Below, in pieces: positions 47,862-60,244 of a stretch of 64,000 nucleotides of DNA. The stretch is from Pseudogymnoascus verrucosus. Its lineage: Eukaryota. Under the pieces are notes generated by a model, which searched no databases, was not told the DNA's origin, and saw nothing but the letters and a program-made list of their open reading frames with translations. Location: NCBI GenBank assembly GCA_001662655.1, contig KV460246.1. One strand, 5' to 3'. Each line of letters begins with the position of its first letter. Positions within the stretch are counted from its first letter, which is position 1. Both the position numbers and the translations under genes were made by a program.

Positions 47862-48908
47862 CTACTCCAACGCCTTCCTCGCCATCTCCATCGCCCCCTC
47901 AAACGTCTTATTCCCCCCAATAAACCCCGCAGCATGCACAAACACCCCCCCGGGCACCCCCGTAATCTCATCCAGCTTCTCATCCCTGAACCCCCTCCAC
48001 CCCTCCGGCAGCGGCTTGCGGCTCTCAAACGAATCCGTCGTCACGCTCACAGCCTGGATACGCCACTTCGCGCCCGCCGCCGGACTCTCGGGGTACAGCA
48101 CGTACACGACCTTCGAGTCGCCTCCCTGCTCCGATTCGAGTCTGTATAGGTGGTCTTTCCAGGGCACGGATTGGCCGTCGAATACGAGGATCCTGCCTTG
48201 GGAATCGTGGTCGAGGCGCTTGGAGAAAGCGGTGCGGACGATTTCGCGGGCGGGGAGCCAGGAAGTGGTGAGGTAGGAGAGGGTGCTGCTGAACTCGGCG
48301 CCGATCTTGGTGGATGCCTTGGAGAACTTCTCATCTTCGATTGCTTGCCAGGCGGCCGGGTCGGAGGGGCGGGGGTCGTTCCAGTTGGGGTTCAGACGAC
48401 CGACCATGGCGCCGAGTGTGAAGCCGCCGTCGGAGAAGCGCTTCTCGATGCCTGCCGCCTGGAGGGCCTTGGTGTCATACGCGCTGATGCCGTTGTCATG
48501 AGCGTCGAGGGCCTCAATGAAGTCCTCATAGATCTTATTCCAAAGAATCGTGACCTCATCCGCCGACTCCTCAACACCAAGGCTCTGCGCAATAATCGCC
48601 TTCCCGAAGTGCATATACACCAGCCCCGCGGAGGAGAGTTTGGTGGGGCGGTTGGGGAAGGTGGTGGTGAAGGTGCGCTGGTGGTGGTCGTAGAGGTTGC
48701 GGGTGGCGTCGTATTCGCCGCCGACGTCGACGACGGTGTGGCAGGTTGCGAGGAGGGCGGGGTCGCGCGTGCGGATCAGGCTGGCGGATTGGTAGGCGGG
48801 GAGGAGGCGGAGCATGTAGACTGCGAGGGCTTCGTCGGCGTGGAAGTGCCCGTTGTGGGTGCCGATGGTGATGTCGGTCTTGAGACGCTTTGCGGTTGTT
48901 TCGGCCAT
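47862..48908 (-). CDS. MYG1: MYG1 exonuclease (UPF0160, DHH family)
   Basis: IGTHNGHFHADEALA, VVDVGGEYD, DHHQR, KLSSAGLVY and FVHAAGFIGG. An in-frame upstream ATG lies at 48929. Confidence 0.93.
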   Translation of the reverse strand: MAETTAKRLKTDITIGTHNGHFHADEALAVYMLRLLPAYQSASLIRTRDPALLATCHTVVDVGGEYDATRNLYDHHQRTFTTTFPNRPTKLSSAGLVYMHFGKAIIAQSLGVEESADEVTILWNKIYEDFIEALDAHDNGISAYDTKALQAAGIEKRFSDGGFTLGAMVGRLNPNWNDPRPSDPAAWQAIEDEKFSKASTKIGAEFSSTLSYLTTSWLPAREIVRTAFSKRLDHDSQGRILVFDGQSVPWKDHLYRLESEQGGDSKVVYVLYPESPAAGAKWRIQAVSVTTDSFESRKPLPEGWRGFRDEKLDEITGVPGGVFVHAAGFIGGNKTFEGAMEMARKALE

Positions 48909-50139
48909 TTTGAGGGCGTTCCGGAGCATACACGTCAGGTGGGAAGTTGGAGGTGGTGTATTGATTGCTTGTATGTTGTGGGTAGTGGGTGGAAGTGAGG
49001 AGGTTACTTGGAATGGAAGGAAGAGTATATTATTTTTGAGCTTCGAGGAGCTTGTAAAGATACCCCGCCAAACACCTACTACGCACAAAGCGTCTGATCA
49101 TAGGTGCCTTATAATTCAGGTAATTATATAGCATTTCGCCTTATATTCCAGGCCATTATGTAGCATTTCAGAGTAATTCTCGAGCTTGGCGCACTTAAAA
49201 ACTACGGAGCTTGGTGCGCATAGCTGTCAAATTCATAACGGAGCTTCGAAGCTCCTTGTACAGTCGTAATAATAGTAAATAAAATAAGAACCTCCATCGT
49301 AAATTTCGGAGGATTTATTAAAGATATACCATGTACCCCCTCGAATCGGAAAATTGATGCTCACCTGTCCCAGCCCATCCCCGCCTATCCAGCCTATTTT
49401 CTGTGTGGCGGCCATACAAAGAAAACAAGGGTCGACAATCTCGATTAAACCAGGTTGTTATCCCAGTTATCCAGTTATCCCAAGAGTTATCCCAGGAACA
49501 ACGAACGAACACGCGACTTGTATTGGACGAGAACCTTCATCTGGCCCCCCAAGGCGGCTCACCACCACCATCACAATCAAATCATCAAATCACAATCAAA
49601 TCACAACACACAGACAACAAACACACTCCACCACGCCTTCTTCTTCTTTCCCATATCCCATAAAGAAATGGTACCTTATTAGCCACCAACGACGCGACCG
49701 ACACAAGACCGACAGACCGCATCTTTCTTCTCTTCATCTATCCATCTCCACAACGCCGCTTTTTGTTGTTGGCGCACACGCACAAAAAAGAGAGCCAAGC
49801 CCACGCGCCTGAAACCTTTGATCCCTTTCACCGACAACACGGACTTCAACATCCCCTGTCCCCAGATAAAGCTTGATAAGAGGGGGGAGCTACTCCAAGA
49901 ACGAGAAAAAATATTTCCACACCACACCACACCACCAGGCCTAACTGCCTCCCACTCAACCCACCGCCAACACACCGACACCACGCTCACCCGCGTCGTC
50001 CCCAGGTCCCCGAAAATCTCTTTTCCACCGAGCTGCCCAGTGACCGACGACAGCACGGCGGCTTCCACCTCGAAACACCACCCAACCCTCCACATCCAGC
50101 TGGGCGCGCTTCAACGCACGCTCGGCGCCACAGCGCGCT

Positions 50140-51539
50140 ATGTGGTTAATCTTCCGGCTCATCGCGTCGATCGTCTTCCTCCTCTCGATCATCCTCTCCA
50201 TCCCCATCGCCTTCGATGTCGGCGGTCGCGACAGCGGGCTCGCGCACTCGCTGGCGCTGTTCTGCTTCTACTTCGCGTACTCGACGCTACGGATCGTGAC
50301 GCCGAAGAAGTCGTGGTTCCGGTATGCGCTGGTGCAGATCGTGGGGGTGTCGCAGTGGGTGATCATCCCGGCGCTGTTGATCTGGAGTTTGAATCGGTTT
50401 ACGGTGGATTCGAATACGGGGGGGGATTGGCTGGCGAAGACGTTTGGGGGGAAGAGGTCGAAGGAGACGAGTATTACGGAGTGGATCTTTGGGCCGGGGG
50501 GGTTCTATGATGTGATGACGGTTGGGACTTGGGATAAGGTGTTGACGTATTCGACGCCGTTCTTTCAGCTTGCGGAGGGGTTTTGCAGCTTGTTGGTGAT
50601 TCAGGCCGCGGGCCAGATTACGAGGTGGCTTGTTAATAGAGGACGCAGTGATACGTGGATGGTAAGTCCCTCGCTCTACCAGTTCTCGACTGAACAACGC
50701 TGACTGACATACCACAGATCGGACTCCTCATAGTCTCCGCCTCGATCATCTCGAGCTCAGTCTACTTCCTCTGGCGCATCACGAACTTCCCCGAGATCGG
50801 CAACGTCGACGCCACCCTCATCGGCGTCACGATCACAACCGCAGTCTTCCTCTGCGCCTGGGGCATCGGCAGCGGTCGCGGCAACCCAGTCGAGAGCTCC
50901 CTCCTCTTCGCCTACGTCGTCCTGTGCATATACCAGATCTTCACCGACTACCTCCCTTCCCCCGAAGCCGCCGCGGCCGCCGCAGCAGCAGCCGCGGAAT
51001 CATCACAGCCCGAGTTTCCCCCCTTCCCACCTATCATCATGGCTTCCTACTCAACCCTCATCCACCTCCTCTCCACCCTCCCCTCCGCCGTCCACTCAAG
51101 CTTCACCTTCCTCCACGCAGCCTTCCAGACCATCACCCCCTCCGTCATCATCTCCCTCGCCTACCGCATCTTCGTCTTCTACGCCGCAACCCGCATCATC
51201 CCGTCTGTACGGGACTCCGGCGCCCGCGGCCTCTCGCGCGAACCCACTCTCGAAGATGACGATGGCGCAGGCTGGTTCTTGGGCGTGCTCAGCTGGTTCA
51301 GCCCGTCGATCCTGGTGGCGGTGTACACGAGCCTGCTGATGCAGCACTTCTCGACGCTGTCGGAGAACGGGCAGGCGGCGGCGTGGTGGACGTTGCAGCA
51401 GGGGGGAAACGCGGCGGGGGGGAATAATGTGTGGAGGTGGGTTAATGTGGCGGCGACGATGGCGTTGTATGCGTTTGAGCTGTATTTGGGGAAGGAGGAT
51501 ACGGATGGGAGTTTGACGGGGCATTGGAAGACGGATTGA
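50140..51539 (+). CDS. ICE2: ER membrane protein Ice2; intron approx. 50662-50717
   Basis: LSIPIAFDVGGRDSGLA, YSTPFFQLAEGFCSLLVIQA, GNPVESSLLFAY and FSPSILVAVYTSLLMQH. Confidence 0.92.
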
Positions 51540-53138
51540 GGGGGGTAGTGGTGGGATGCTGTGCTTGGTTAGTTCGGGTGTCGGTTGCGCAGTTGGTTTG
51601 AGGAACTGCGAGCAGGAGAACAGACGGATAGTGAGTGGTTGGAGATGAAGGGAAAGGGATGACATCGTGCATGCCTGAAGCAAAATGGATCTGGAAATGA
51701 ACAGCGGGCAGCCCATCCCAGCATACTTCTCTAATAGAGAGAAGCACACGAGGAGAGAAGGGAATGCAGCGTCGATTGCATGTTGTGAGCCACCGCCATC
51801 TCGATAAGAGAAGAGAGAGAGGAAGAGAAAGAGAACGATAGATACCCTCGGGATGGCCCTTTTTTTTTATAGGTATATATATATATTTGCAGGTGGGATT
51901 GATTATAACAATAAATACGGATTCTACTCTCTAGGAGTACAAACAAACCAGTTGAGTCCGGCGTGTGCTCAACAAACAAACACATGACTTGATATCTCAA
52001 CTCAACTATATAGCGTCGTCCTATAGTGTTCCTCCGTAGTAGTGTACCCTTTTCCTTTTCCCCCCAAGATCGTTGAGTCCACTCCCTCCCCGCCCTCAAG
52101 TCCCTGGAGCTACTTACTACTCCCCCTTTCTCCCCCCGGTCAGCCCTGCCCTGTCCCCTTCCCCGTTCGTTGAACCCGTGACCACAACAACCTCTCCTCG
52201 GATCCCTCCCCCAATTCCTCCCGCCAAGACCCATCACGCCCATCACTGTGGGGTCCCCCCCCCCCCGATACCGCACGCTACTCGCCCAGTCTAACTCGTC
52301 TAACGCCCAGAACGTCCCCCCATCCCTCCTATAAGCAACTGCACTCTTACTATAAGCCTACCGTAGCGACTCCACACAAGCTCCGACGCCCTGTAACCTG
52401 TGTTCCAATCCCTGGCGCTTCCTCAACGGGAGGAGCATCCCGGGTCTGGTCTCACTGAGGCGTCGTCTGGGCGGTGGTGGTCGTGCGCGAGGGTAGTTTT
52501 TTGTTGAGATGAGTGAGATGGCGGTCTGGGTACTGTACGTCGCCGAGGATGGGAGGGAGGAGGCGGTCTAGAATGGAGGCGTAGGGGGAGGGAAAGTGCA
52601 TCCCCGGAGTACTGTACACTACACTACCTACTTCAGCCAGTGTGGTATGGGTACACACATCTCTCCTCCTCTCACCCTCGAGAAAGTAAGGTAAGTTACT
52701 TCTACGACTTCACCCGCCCCCCTCGGAGTTTAGGACGGTGTACTGTGTACCTCGGTGTATGGGTGTTGTGGTTGTACTGTACATACATCCCGCCCGCTCC
52801 AGATCTTCGGTGGTGACTGAGGTAAGTCAAGTGGGCTCAACGAATCAGATGGGGCCGGAAGGGGAATACACACCCCTCACCATTGGGGACTCACCATGGG
52901 GATGTATATGGTGGTTTGTAAACCTGCTGTGTTACAAAGTCTAGGTCCATCTCCCACATCTGCTTCTGCTTCTCCTTCTTCTTCCTTTCCTACTCTGGTT
53001 TATTCATCGAATTCATCGGATTCTATACTACGAAGTATCACAATCGTCGTTGCCGTTATCACAGTCATCATTGCCGTTATCATCAGAATAGTATCACTCA
53101 CTCACCAACCTCTCAACAACCTTACACAACCACAAATC

Positions 53139-53821
53139 ATGTCATCACGCATCACTCCCCGAGCCATCCGCTCCCTCACCAACACCACCGCCTCCCCCGC
53201 CGTACGCAGACAATTGGCAGCTTCAACTTCAAAAGCAGAGGTATGCTCTTCCAATCCCCCATCCCCCCTTCCTCCCATACTCCCACAATCCGTCCCAACC
53301 AACTAACACTCTCCTAGCAAACCACTCGCTCCTCCAGCACCACCACCACACGCCCTACCCCCTCTTCCAGCATTCCAACCCTGAGGCCGTTGATGCAAGG
53401 CTTCCACTCCACCACCTCCTCCCCCGCCCCCTCCGCCGCGCCCTCAATCGATTTCGTATTCTTCCCCACCCAAGACGCCATATCCACTCCCCACGTCTCC
53501 GCCCTCCGCGTCCCCCTCCTCCCCGACAACTACACCCCCGACCGCTCTGTGGGCTCCGCACACGCACCAGAGGCAGAGGTGATGCCCTTGGAGAGGAGTG
53601 AGATTAGTATTATTGCTGCGAGGCCCGAGACGGTGGCGAGTGCGTTGACGGAGGTGGTGGGGTTGGGGAGGGAGATGGGGTTGGGGGAGTTGACGAGGGC
53701 GTTTGGGGAGGAGGTGGCGAGGGTGGAGGGGGAGGTGGTGGGGGGGTTGAGGGGGTTGTGGGGGGATTTGTTGGATGATGTTTTGGGGGAGAAGACGGTG
53801 GCTACTATTAGGGCTACTTAG
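53139..53821 (+). CDS. Conserved fungal hypothetical protein, probably mitochondrial; intron 53241-53317
   Basis: Arg/Ser/Thr-rich presequence-like N-terminus, SIDFVFFP...LRVPLLPDNY, and C-terminal LRGLWGDLLDDVLG. Confidence 0.75.
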
Positions 53822-54535
53822 GTGGGGTGGCTGACTGGGAGGGGGGGATGGGGGAGGAGGGGTTATTCTTGTACTTGATGATTGGGGGGGTGATGAGTGG
53901 TATTAGCTTTTAATGATATGAATATATGACAGGATTTTATGTACGCAGTAAGGCTTTGAGCGAGTCCCGGGAGTACGAACCAGGAACGAGTTTGTTATGC
54001 TCGGACTGAAATTGTGCCAGTGTAGAAGACGGAGCTTTTGAGGGATCGGTGCATAAGAATACCGTCATGCGAATTACTCAGAGCGTACTCGTAACAGCAG
54101 GACGGTCGACAGTGAGATATTGTGGTGACAATCGAAGTGCGGTGACAAGAATATATCGACGGCAGGTAAGGGAGTGGGCAAGAACAGGCACGTAAGAACG
54201 GCAGCAGCAGCGGCAGTTCCCTCTTCGTCAATCCTCGGGAAATTCGTTGGGCCACGGGTTACCAGAAAACGTATCGGGATCTTGATTTCACGGTTTGCTC
54301 TTGTGGAATGAATAATGAGAGTGAGGGCCTATTTATAACAAAAATAATCCCATGTTTGAGCGACTGCATGGGGATAATATCACTTTAGCAATGATTAAAG
54401 TAGTGAATGCAAATGCCTTCATCCAGCGTGTTCAATTTACGCCATTCCTATGGCTACAACTCCGTCCTATTCATATTATACTCAAAGAAACACCACAAGA
54501 CCGTAGAACCACACAACCCCGTCTCACCCTCTCCC

Positions 54536-55306
54536 TCACGCCTTCATAGCCTCAACAAACAACTCCCTCATCCCCTTCAACAACCCCCCCAACTCCCTAT
54601 TCTCATTCAACCTCTCCACCACCGCCTCGACCCTCTCCCTATCCACCACCGGAAAGCACCCCCCAACCTCATAATCCCTCCTCTCCGTACACAGCTCAAA
54701 CCACGCCTCCCTCTCCCAATCCCTCTCATCCACACACGTAAACACAAACTTAAGCCTATCACTCATTCCCGCCCCCTCAATCCTCAACCCCAAATTACTC
54801 GTCCAGAAATCAAGCTCCGGAATATCATGCACCGCCATCCCAGCAATCCTCTCCGCATACTCCATCTGCCCCTCCCTCCTCTCCCTTATCATCGCCTCCA
54901 CCCTCTCGATCTCCCCCACCAGCCCCTCCCTCTCCCTAACCTTCGCCTCCCTCTGCCTCTCCAACCTCGCCACCGCACCTTCCATCTCCTTCGCCTCCGC
55001 CTCCTCCTTCTGCAGCGCCTGTGCGTGTCCTGCGGCTTTGAGTTGCAGAATCTCGATGTCCTTTTTGCGCATGCGACGGTCTTCGTGCGCTTCGGCGACG
55101 GTGGAGCGGAATTGGTTGCGTTCTTCTAGGACGCGCTTGCGGCCGGTTTCGATGAAGGCGTCGAAGCGCTGGGTGAATTGGGACATGCGCGTGCGCAGCT
55201 CGTCGAAGCCGAAGTTGATGGGGGGGAGGGAGTCGGCCATGGAGGGGGCGAGGGCGGAGGTGAGGGGGGGGCGGAGGGAGAGAGTTGGTTCGAAGGTTGT
55301 GTTCAT
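54536..55306 (-). CDS. SPC25: Kinetochore Ndc80-complex subunit Spc25
   Basis: LPPINFGFDELRTRMSQFTQRFDAFIE, a coiled coil, and an RWD-like C-terminus LGLRIEGAG..DRLKFVF...DWEREAWFEL. Confidence 0.9.
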   Translation of the reverse strand: MNTTFEPTLSLRPPLTSALAPSMADSLPPINFGFDELRTRMSQFTQRFDAFIETGRKRVLEERNQFRSTVAEAHEDRRMRKKDIEILQLKAAGHAQALQKEEAEAKEMEGAVARLERQREAKVREREGLVGEIERVEAMIRERREGQMEYAERIAGMAVHDIPELDFWTSNLGLRIEGAGMSDRLKFVFTCVDERDWEREAWFELCTERRDYEVGGCFPVVDRERVEAVVERLNENRELGGLLKGMRELFVEAMKA

Positions 55307-55758
55307 GGTTGCGGTTGTTGGTTTGTTGGTTTGTCGCGCGGTGATGTTTGTATGCGCGCAATGGGTGTTTATATGCTTGAACGCTTTGAGGGTTTGCTTA
55401 GGTTGCTTTTTTGTAGCTGGTATTTTCTTTGGTGAGGGTTGAGAGTTGTTGCGACAGATGCGCGCGAAATGTGACAGTTGGTGTGTTGACGTTTCCCAGG
55501 GTCTCAGTTGCCGAAGCAACCCCGCGACCCAGCTCCCGATAAAGTGGGCTACATTAGCGCGAATATCTTTATCGCTGACGAAAGATAAACCAAAGCTTCG
55601 CCAAAAAATTTATATATAATTCTTCTGCGGCCCCTTTGAAGGACATTTACTTGTTCGGATATTCCCGTGCTGAAGTACAGTACTCGCCGAAAGTAGCAGT
55701 ATCGAAATGTTGGCGCGATTTATTACGGCCTTAGGAAGACGGATTCATCGCTGCCCAG

Positions 55759-58700
55759 ATGACTGACCGGCGATCGACTGACCATACGTACGGTCACCTT
55801 GGGGAAGCTACTTATGATACTGTTGAGAAGAAATGGAGTTTCTCACGTATTCCTGTTTTATGTACGTTGCTCGGGATATTTAGTCTTTCTGTTTGCAGTT
55901 GCTAACAGTGCTCCAGCAAGCATAATCCGACCAATCCAACCATTACAACCATGCATTCCGCCATCTGCGCAATCGAAGCCCGAGGCACAAAGGAATGCTA
56001 CAGATAGAGCATCTAACAGAGCTCGCGACCAGAAGAGGTCGCTCATCCGAGAGATCCCCCAAATAGGAGCTGCGGCTTCCGTGTTAGGGCCTCTTGTACG
56101 AACTGCGGCAGTCGGGGCCTCCAAGACACGTCCGACGGGCGGTGACCTGGTCGCCAGCGGGACTGCCAAAGTACTGTCGAAACACCACAGTGACCGCTCC
56201 ATCAACGTGCTAGCCGTTGCGCATGGCGAAGCCGGACATGTCCTGCGACTGATTAAACCCCGGCTTGAGGACCACACCTGGGATGGCGACGATTCCGTGA
56301 AGCTGCGTTTGCTGAACCCCAGCACCTCAGAGGATGGCTACTGGCTTGACGGCGCCGGATCGATTGAACAAATCGTATTCTCGTCAGGTATAGAAGGCGA
56401 TAGGTCTTGGTTGGCTGTGCGGAAACTGGCATCGACGACTATACTACAACCGGTATATCAGAGAACACCAGGTCCAGCACGAGTGCCGCCGGGGTTTCAA
56501 GATAAATATAGACCGTCGCTCTTGGATCCGAATCCAGCGGTTACTATCACGAGCGTGATGACGAATGGGAGGAATCATGCTGATGTGGCGTTTAATCCTT
56601 GGTATCCGCGCCAGTTTGCAGTTCTGGATGAGGAAGGGTACTGGAGCGCTTGGGATATTGAGGGTCGGAAACGCGCTGGGTCAAAGATGGCTACTCCAGG
56701 AAAGTCGGGGTATATACTCGATGACAGGGCGGAGAGTGATCTTTCGTTGGATATTGCTTCGAATGGATGGGGCAGGATACTCTGGGCTGGAAATGTCAGT
56801 ACGATAGTGGTGTGCAACGACCGTCACCTAGCGGTGTTTGATCTCAAAGCTCATCCCATACGACTGCGGAGCCCGGACTTGGTGCCCAGTGGGTCGTTTG
56901 GGCGTATTCTGGAGGTCAAGCGCAGCCCGCTTCAGCATGACAAAGTTTTTGTTCTCACGAACAGTCGATTATTCCTCCTTCAGATAAACACAGCGGGAGA
57001 GTGGCTCGATGACACCGATAGGACGGCCGGAGCGAAGATTATCATGTCTTGTTTGCATTATCGGGAGGCGCAGGGGAATTTGCTTAAATTGGAGTTGCAT
57101 GAGGAAGGCGATGTGTGTACGGCGTTTTTGGTTTCTTCGGGGATGTTTTTGGTTAATGTGTATAAATTCACGACGACGCCTGATGCGGCAACACCGGTGA
57201 CGTGGTCGACAGATGCGTTCTCCTTAGAACGTGGGGCAGACGAAGATACGCTGTCAAAGATTGTGGGATTTTGTGTCCTTCCAGCACCTCTTGAACGAAG
57301 TGATGAGCGGCGCGCGTCTCGTATGGAGAGAAATTATCTGGACCATGGGAATTTCCTGCAGGCCTTCGCTCTTGGAGAGAATTTGGAGATGTCACAAACC
57401 CTGCTTGCCGAGTGCCGCATGGTGGCTGCGCCTGTGCCTGGAAAGCCGGCAATATACGAACGGATATCGCCACCTTCGGAGAGTCAAGCTGCACCACCTG
57501 AGGCCCATTTTCTCTCTTCTCGGACAATTGATGACTTTGTCGTTCCTGATGGGTTTGAAGACTACGAATCTGGAAGCGAACGAAAGGCACCAGTCGTGAG
57601 GCTCTCGATAGAAGATGATTTACCCGAAGAGCCAGCGCCGAAAGTAATCGACGCCCAGCGCTGGTATGAGCTGGCGACTAAAGGAAAAACTACGGAACCG
57701 CCTAGTCAGGAAGACTATCACGATGTAGAAATTGAGATGGCAGACTATATCCAGAATATTGTCGGCGGGATTCAGCACAGGAGACAAGTTGGGCTGGAGG
57801 GTCTATCTAGCTTTCACGATTTAGCGGGCTTTGAGAAATTTACTGAAGACGTCGATGATGGAGCTGCGTTGCTACAGGATTTCATCAATAACTTCGAGGA
57901 CAATTATGCGGAAAGTAGCATGGCGGTTACTTTACAATCCTCAGGCCTACTCAGAATGCTAGACCTAGAACCGGATGAGTCTTCCACCAACAACTTGCCG
58001 AACCTCTCAAACGTCTACGACAAGCTCGTCAACCTCTGGGTTACATCTCTCCCCCAAAACACCCCCGGCATGGCACGAATCGCCAAAGAGAAGGTCGTCC
58101 GAAATGTAGCGACAGAATTATGTCTAAGTTCCATCCACGTCTCCATCCGCGACAAATCCGTTCCTCTACCTACCACCGCAGCACCCCAGGACCTTGAAGA
58201 GGGACCAAGCCTCACCCTACCCATCCACGGCGGCCGACCACCTCTTTCACCACGAACACCCTCCCGTTCGCGCTTCAGCAGCCAACCCCTGCAAGACCAC
58301 GGCTTCGAGCCCACCTCCAGTTATGCCACTCCTGCGCCCTCGGAATCTGCTCTCTCCGGTGAACCTGCTGAGGATGCCGCCGTGTCGCGTCTCCGCGGGT
58401 ACGCTCTCTCTATCAAGTCACTAAAACCCCTCGGGCGGACATGCGCATCCATCCTCGCGCAGTGGCCCGAGACACCCGGTTCCGACCCATCAACATACAT
58501 CTGGCGCCCCGACCAAATCTCCGGCGCCGCAGATGAAGAAGGAGACAGCGGCGAAGAAGCCGCGCGGCAGCGAGAAGAGAAGCGACGGCGACGAACAGAG
58601 AAATTCCTCAAGCGCCAAAAGGGGGTAGCGAGTCCGCGACTGGCAACAGCAGTGCAGAGTAGCCAGCCGCCGCCGGTGGTGGAGAGCCAGCCGGCGTATA

Positions 58701-58840
58701 GGTTCGCGGCGTCGTCGCAGGTGATGGTTCAGAGCTCGAGTCAGGTGGAGGGGGGGTTGTCGATGACGCAGCCGAGTGCGGGGGCGTTTGGGAGTAGGGC
58801 GGGGGTGGGGAAGAAGAAGAAGAGGAAGACGGGGTTTTAA
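55759..58840 (+). CDS. RRN6: RNA polymerase I core factor subunit Rrn6-like; intron approx. 55862-55917
   Basis: Exon 1 YGHLGEATYD...WSFSR, HADVAFNPWYPRQFAVLD.EG.W..WDI, WPETPGSDP.TY.W, and C-terminal MTQP..GAFG.R...KKKKRKTGF. Confidence 0.85.
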
Positions 58841-58937
58841 TGGTGGAGGTGGGTGGGTTTTGGATATGTAATGATAATGATAGGTTTTTGGAAACATTAT
58901 TAATATCTTGAGGAAATCGTACAACAGTGACCCCAGT

Positions 58938-59939
58938 TCATAAATATGGCCCGAGAACTTTCTGGGTATGCTCCCAAACCTTTCCTTGTGCTTTTTCTCG
59001 GAGCACGGGCATGACCTTCGCATTTGGCGTAGTGTCGCACTTAGAAGTGACGAGAAACAACCCATCCTCCCCTGTCTTCATCTGACTATTCACACCCGCC
59101 TTCCCCTTCCAGGGCACCCCACGCCCCCCAAACGCAGCACTCGTACTCTGGAACAAATATCTCTGCCCTGACTCCTCGTCACTAAACGAAAACAACCCAA
59201 TAAGCGGCTCCAAAAACAGCCAGACCAGCCAACTCTTAATCGTCAAACTCGCATCCAAGCCCCTATTCACATTCCCCGTGTTCACCCACCCGGGACACGA
59301 GTGAATGAACGTCACCCCCTGATTCTCAGCAGCCAGCTTCTCCATCGTCGTGGAGAGCATAGCCACATACTGCACATGCGTGTTCACCAACCCGAAATTC
59401 CCGGGTTTCTTGAGATCCATGTCCTCCAGGTCGACAGTCGTGCGTTCCATCCCGCCGCCTTGGACGCTGACGATTTTAGGGGCTTCTGATAGGCGGAGGA
59501 GGGGGAGGAGGTGCTGGATGAAGAGGATCCGGGAGTAGTATATCAGGCTTTGGGTGATTTCTATGCCCTCTGCCGTCTCGTTGCGGGCGCCGAAGGGGGC
59601 GTAGCCAGTGGTGAGGAAGAGGAGGTCGATGCGGGACTCCTTGCTTTTGATGATCTCGCATACTCTCTTCGTTTCTGACAAAAGCGAGATTTCGCCTTCT
59701 ACCCAGATGATTTCGGCTTTGGGATTTATGGCATTCAGCTCCTGGATGAAAATCCGCGAGCGCTCTTCAGAGCTTTTGCGGCCGATGAGGTGGATTCTCA
59801 CGCTGGCGCCGGTGGATACTAAGGCGCGGACGGTGAGTTGCCCGATGCCAGAGGTACCGCCGGCGAAGACGGCGACACGGGGGGTTGTGGCGTCGTTGAG
59901 GAGGGCGTTGGAGGCGCGGATTTCTTTGTAGGATACCAT
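58938..59939 (-). CDS. Atypical SDR-like NAD(P)-binding oxidoreductase
   Basis: VAVFAGGTSGIG, IDLLFLTTG, ETAEG...YYSRILFI..LLPLL and FIHSCPGWVNT. Confidence 0.88.
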   Translation of the reverse strand: MVSYKEIRASNALLNDATTPRVAVFAGGTSGIGQLTVRALVSTGASVRIHLIGRKSSEERSRIFIQELNAINPKAEIIWVEGEISLLSETKRVCEIIKSKESRIDLLFLTTGYAPFGARNETAEGIEITQSLIYYSRILFIQHLLPLLRLSEAPKIVSVQGGGMERTTVDLEDMDLKKPGNFGLVNTHVQYVAMLSTTMEKLAAENQGVTFIHSCPGWVNTGNVNRGLDASLTIKSWLVWLFLEPLIGLFSFSDEESGQRYLFQSTSAAFGGRGVPWKGKAGVNSQMKTGEDGLFLVTSKCDTTPNAKVMPVLREKAQGKVWEHTQKVLGPYL

Positions 59940-60244
59940 TGTAGGCGATGAGGGTTATAATGGTTATTAAATTTTACATGTTGAATTTGGAATCATGCTG
60001 TACTCAAGAATATGTAGTTGCAGATATGTGGTCGGAGCTATGTAGTCGGTCGGAGCTCTTTCAACGTCCGAAGGACCCCGCTAAGCACCCTGGGTTACAC
60101 GCTGACGTCGCGCTCCCGTGCCTACAGCGACGACGGAATACTCGAGGGTTTATTTATATTACGCGGTTAATTTGTGTTTAACACAGATAATATGCGTTTT
60201 ACCCCATATGGTAAGTTACGTTGTAACTATCATATTCCACCAAG

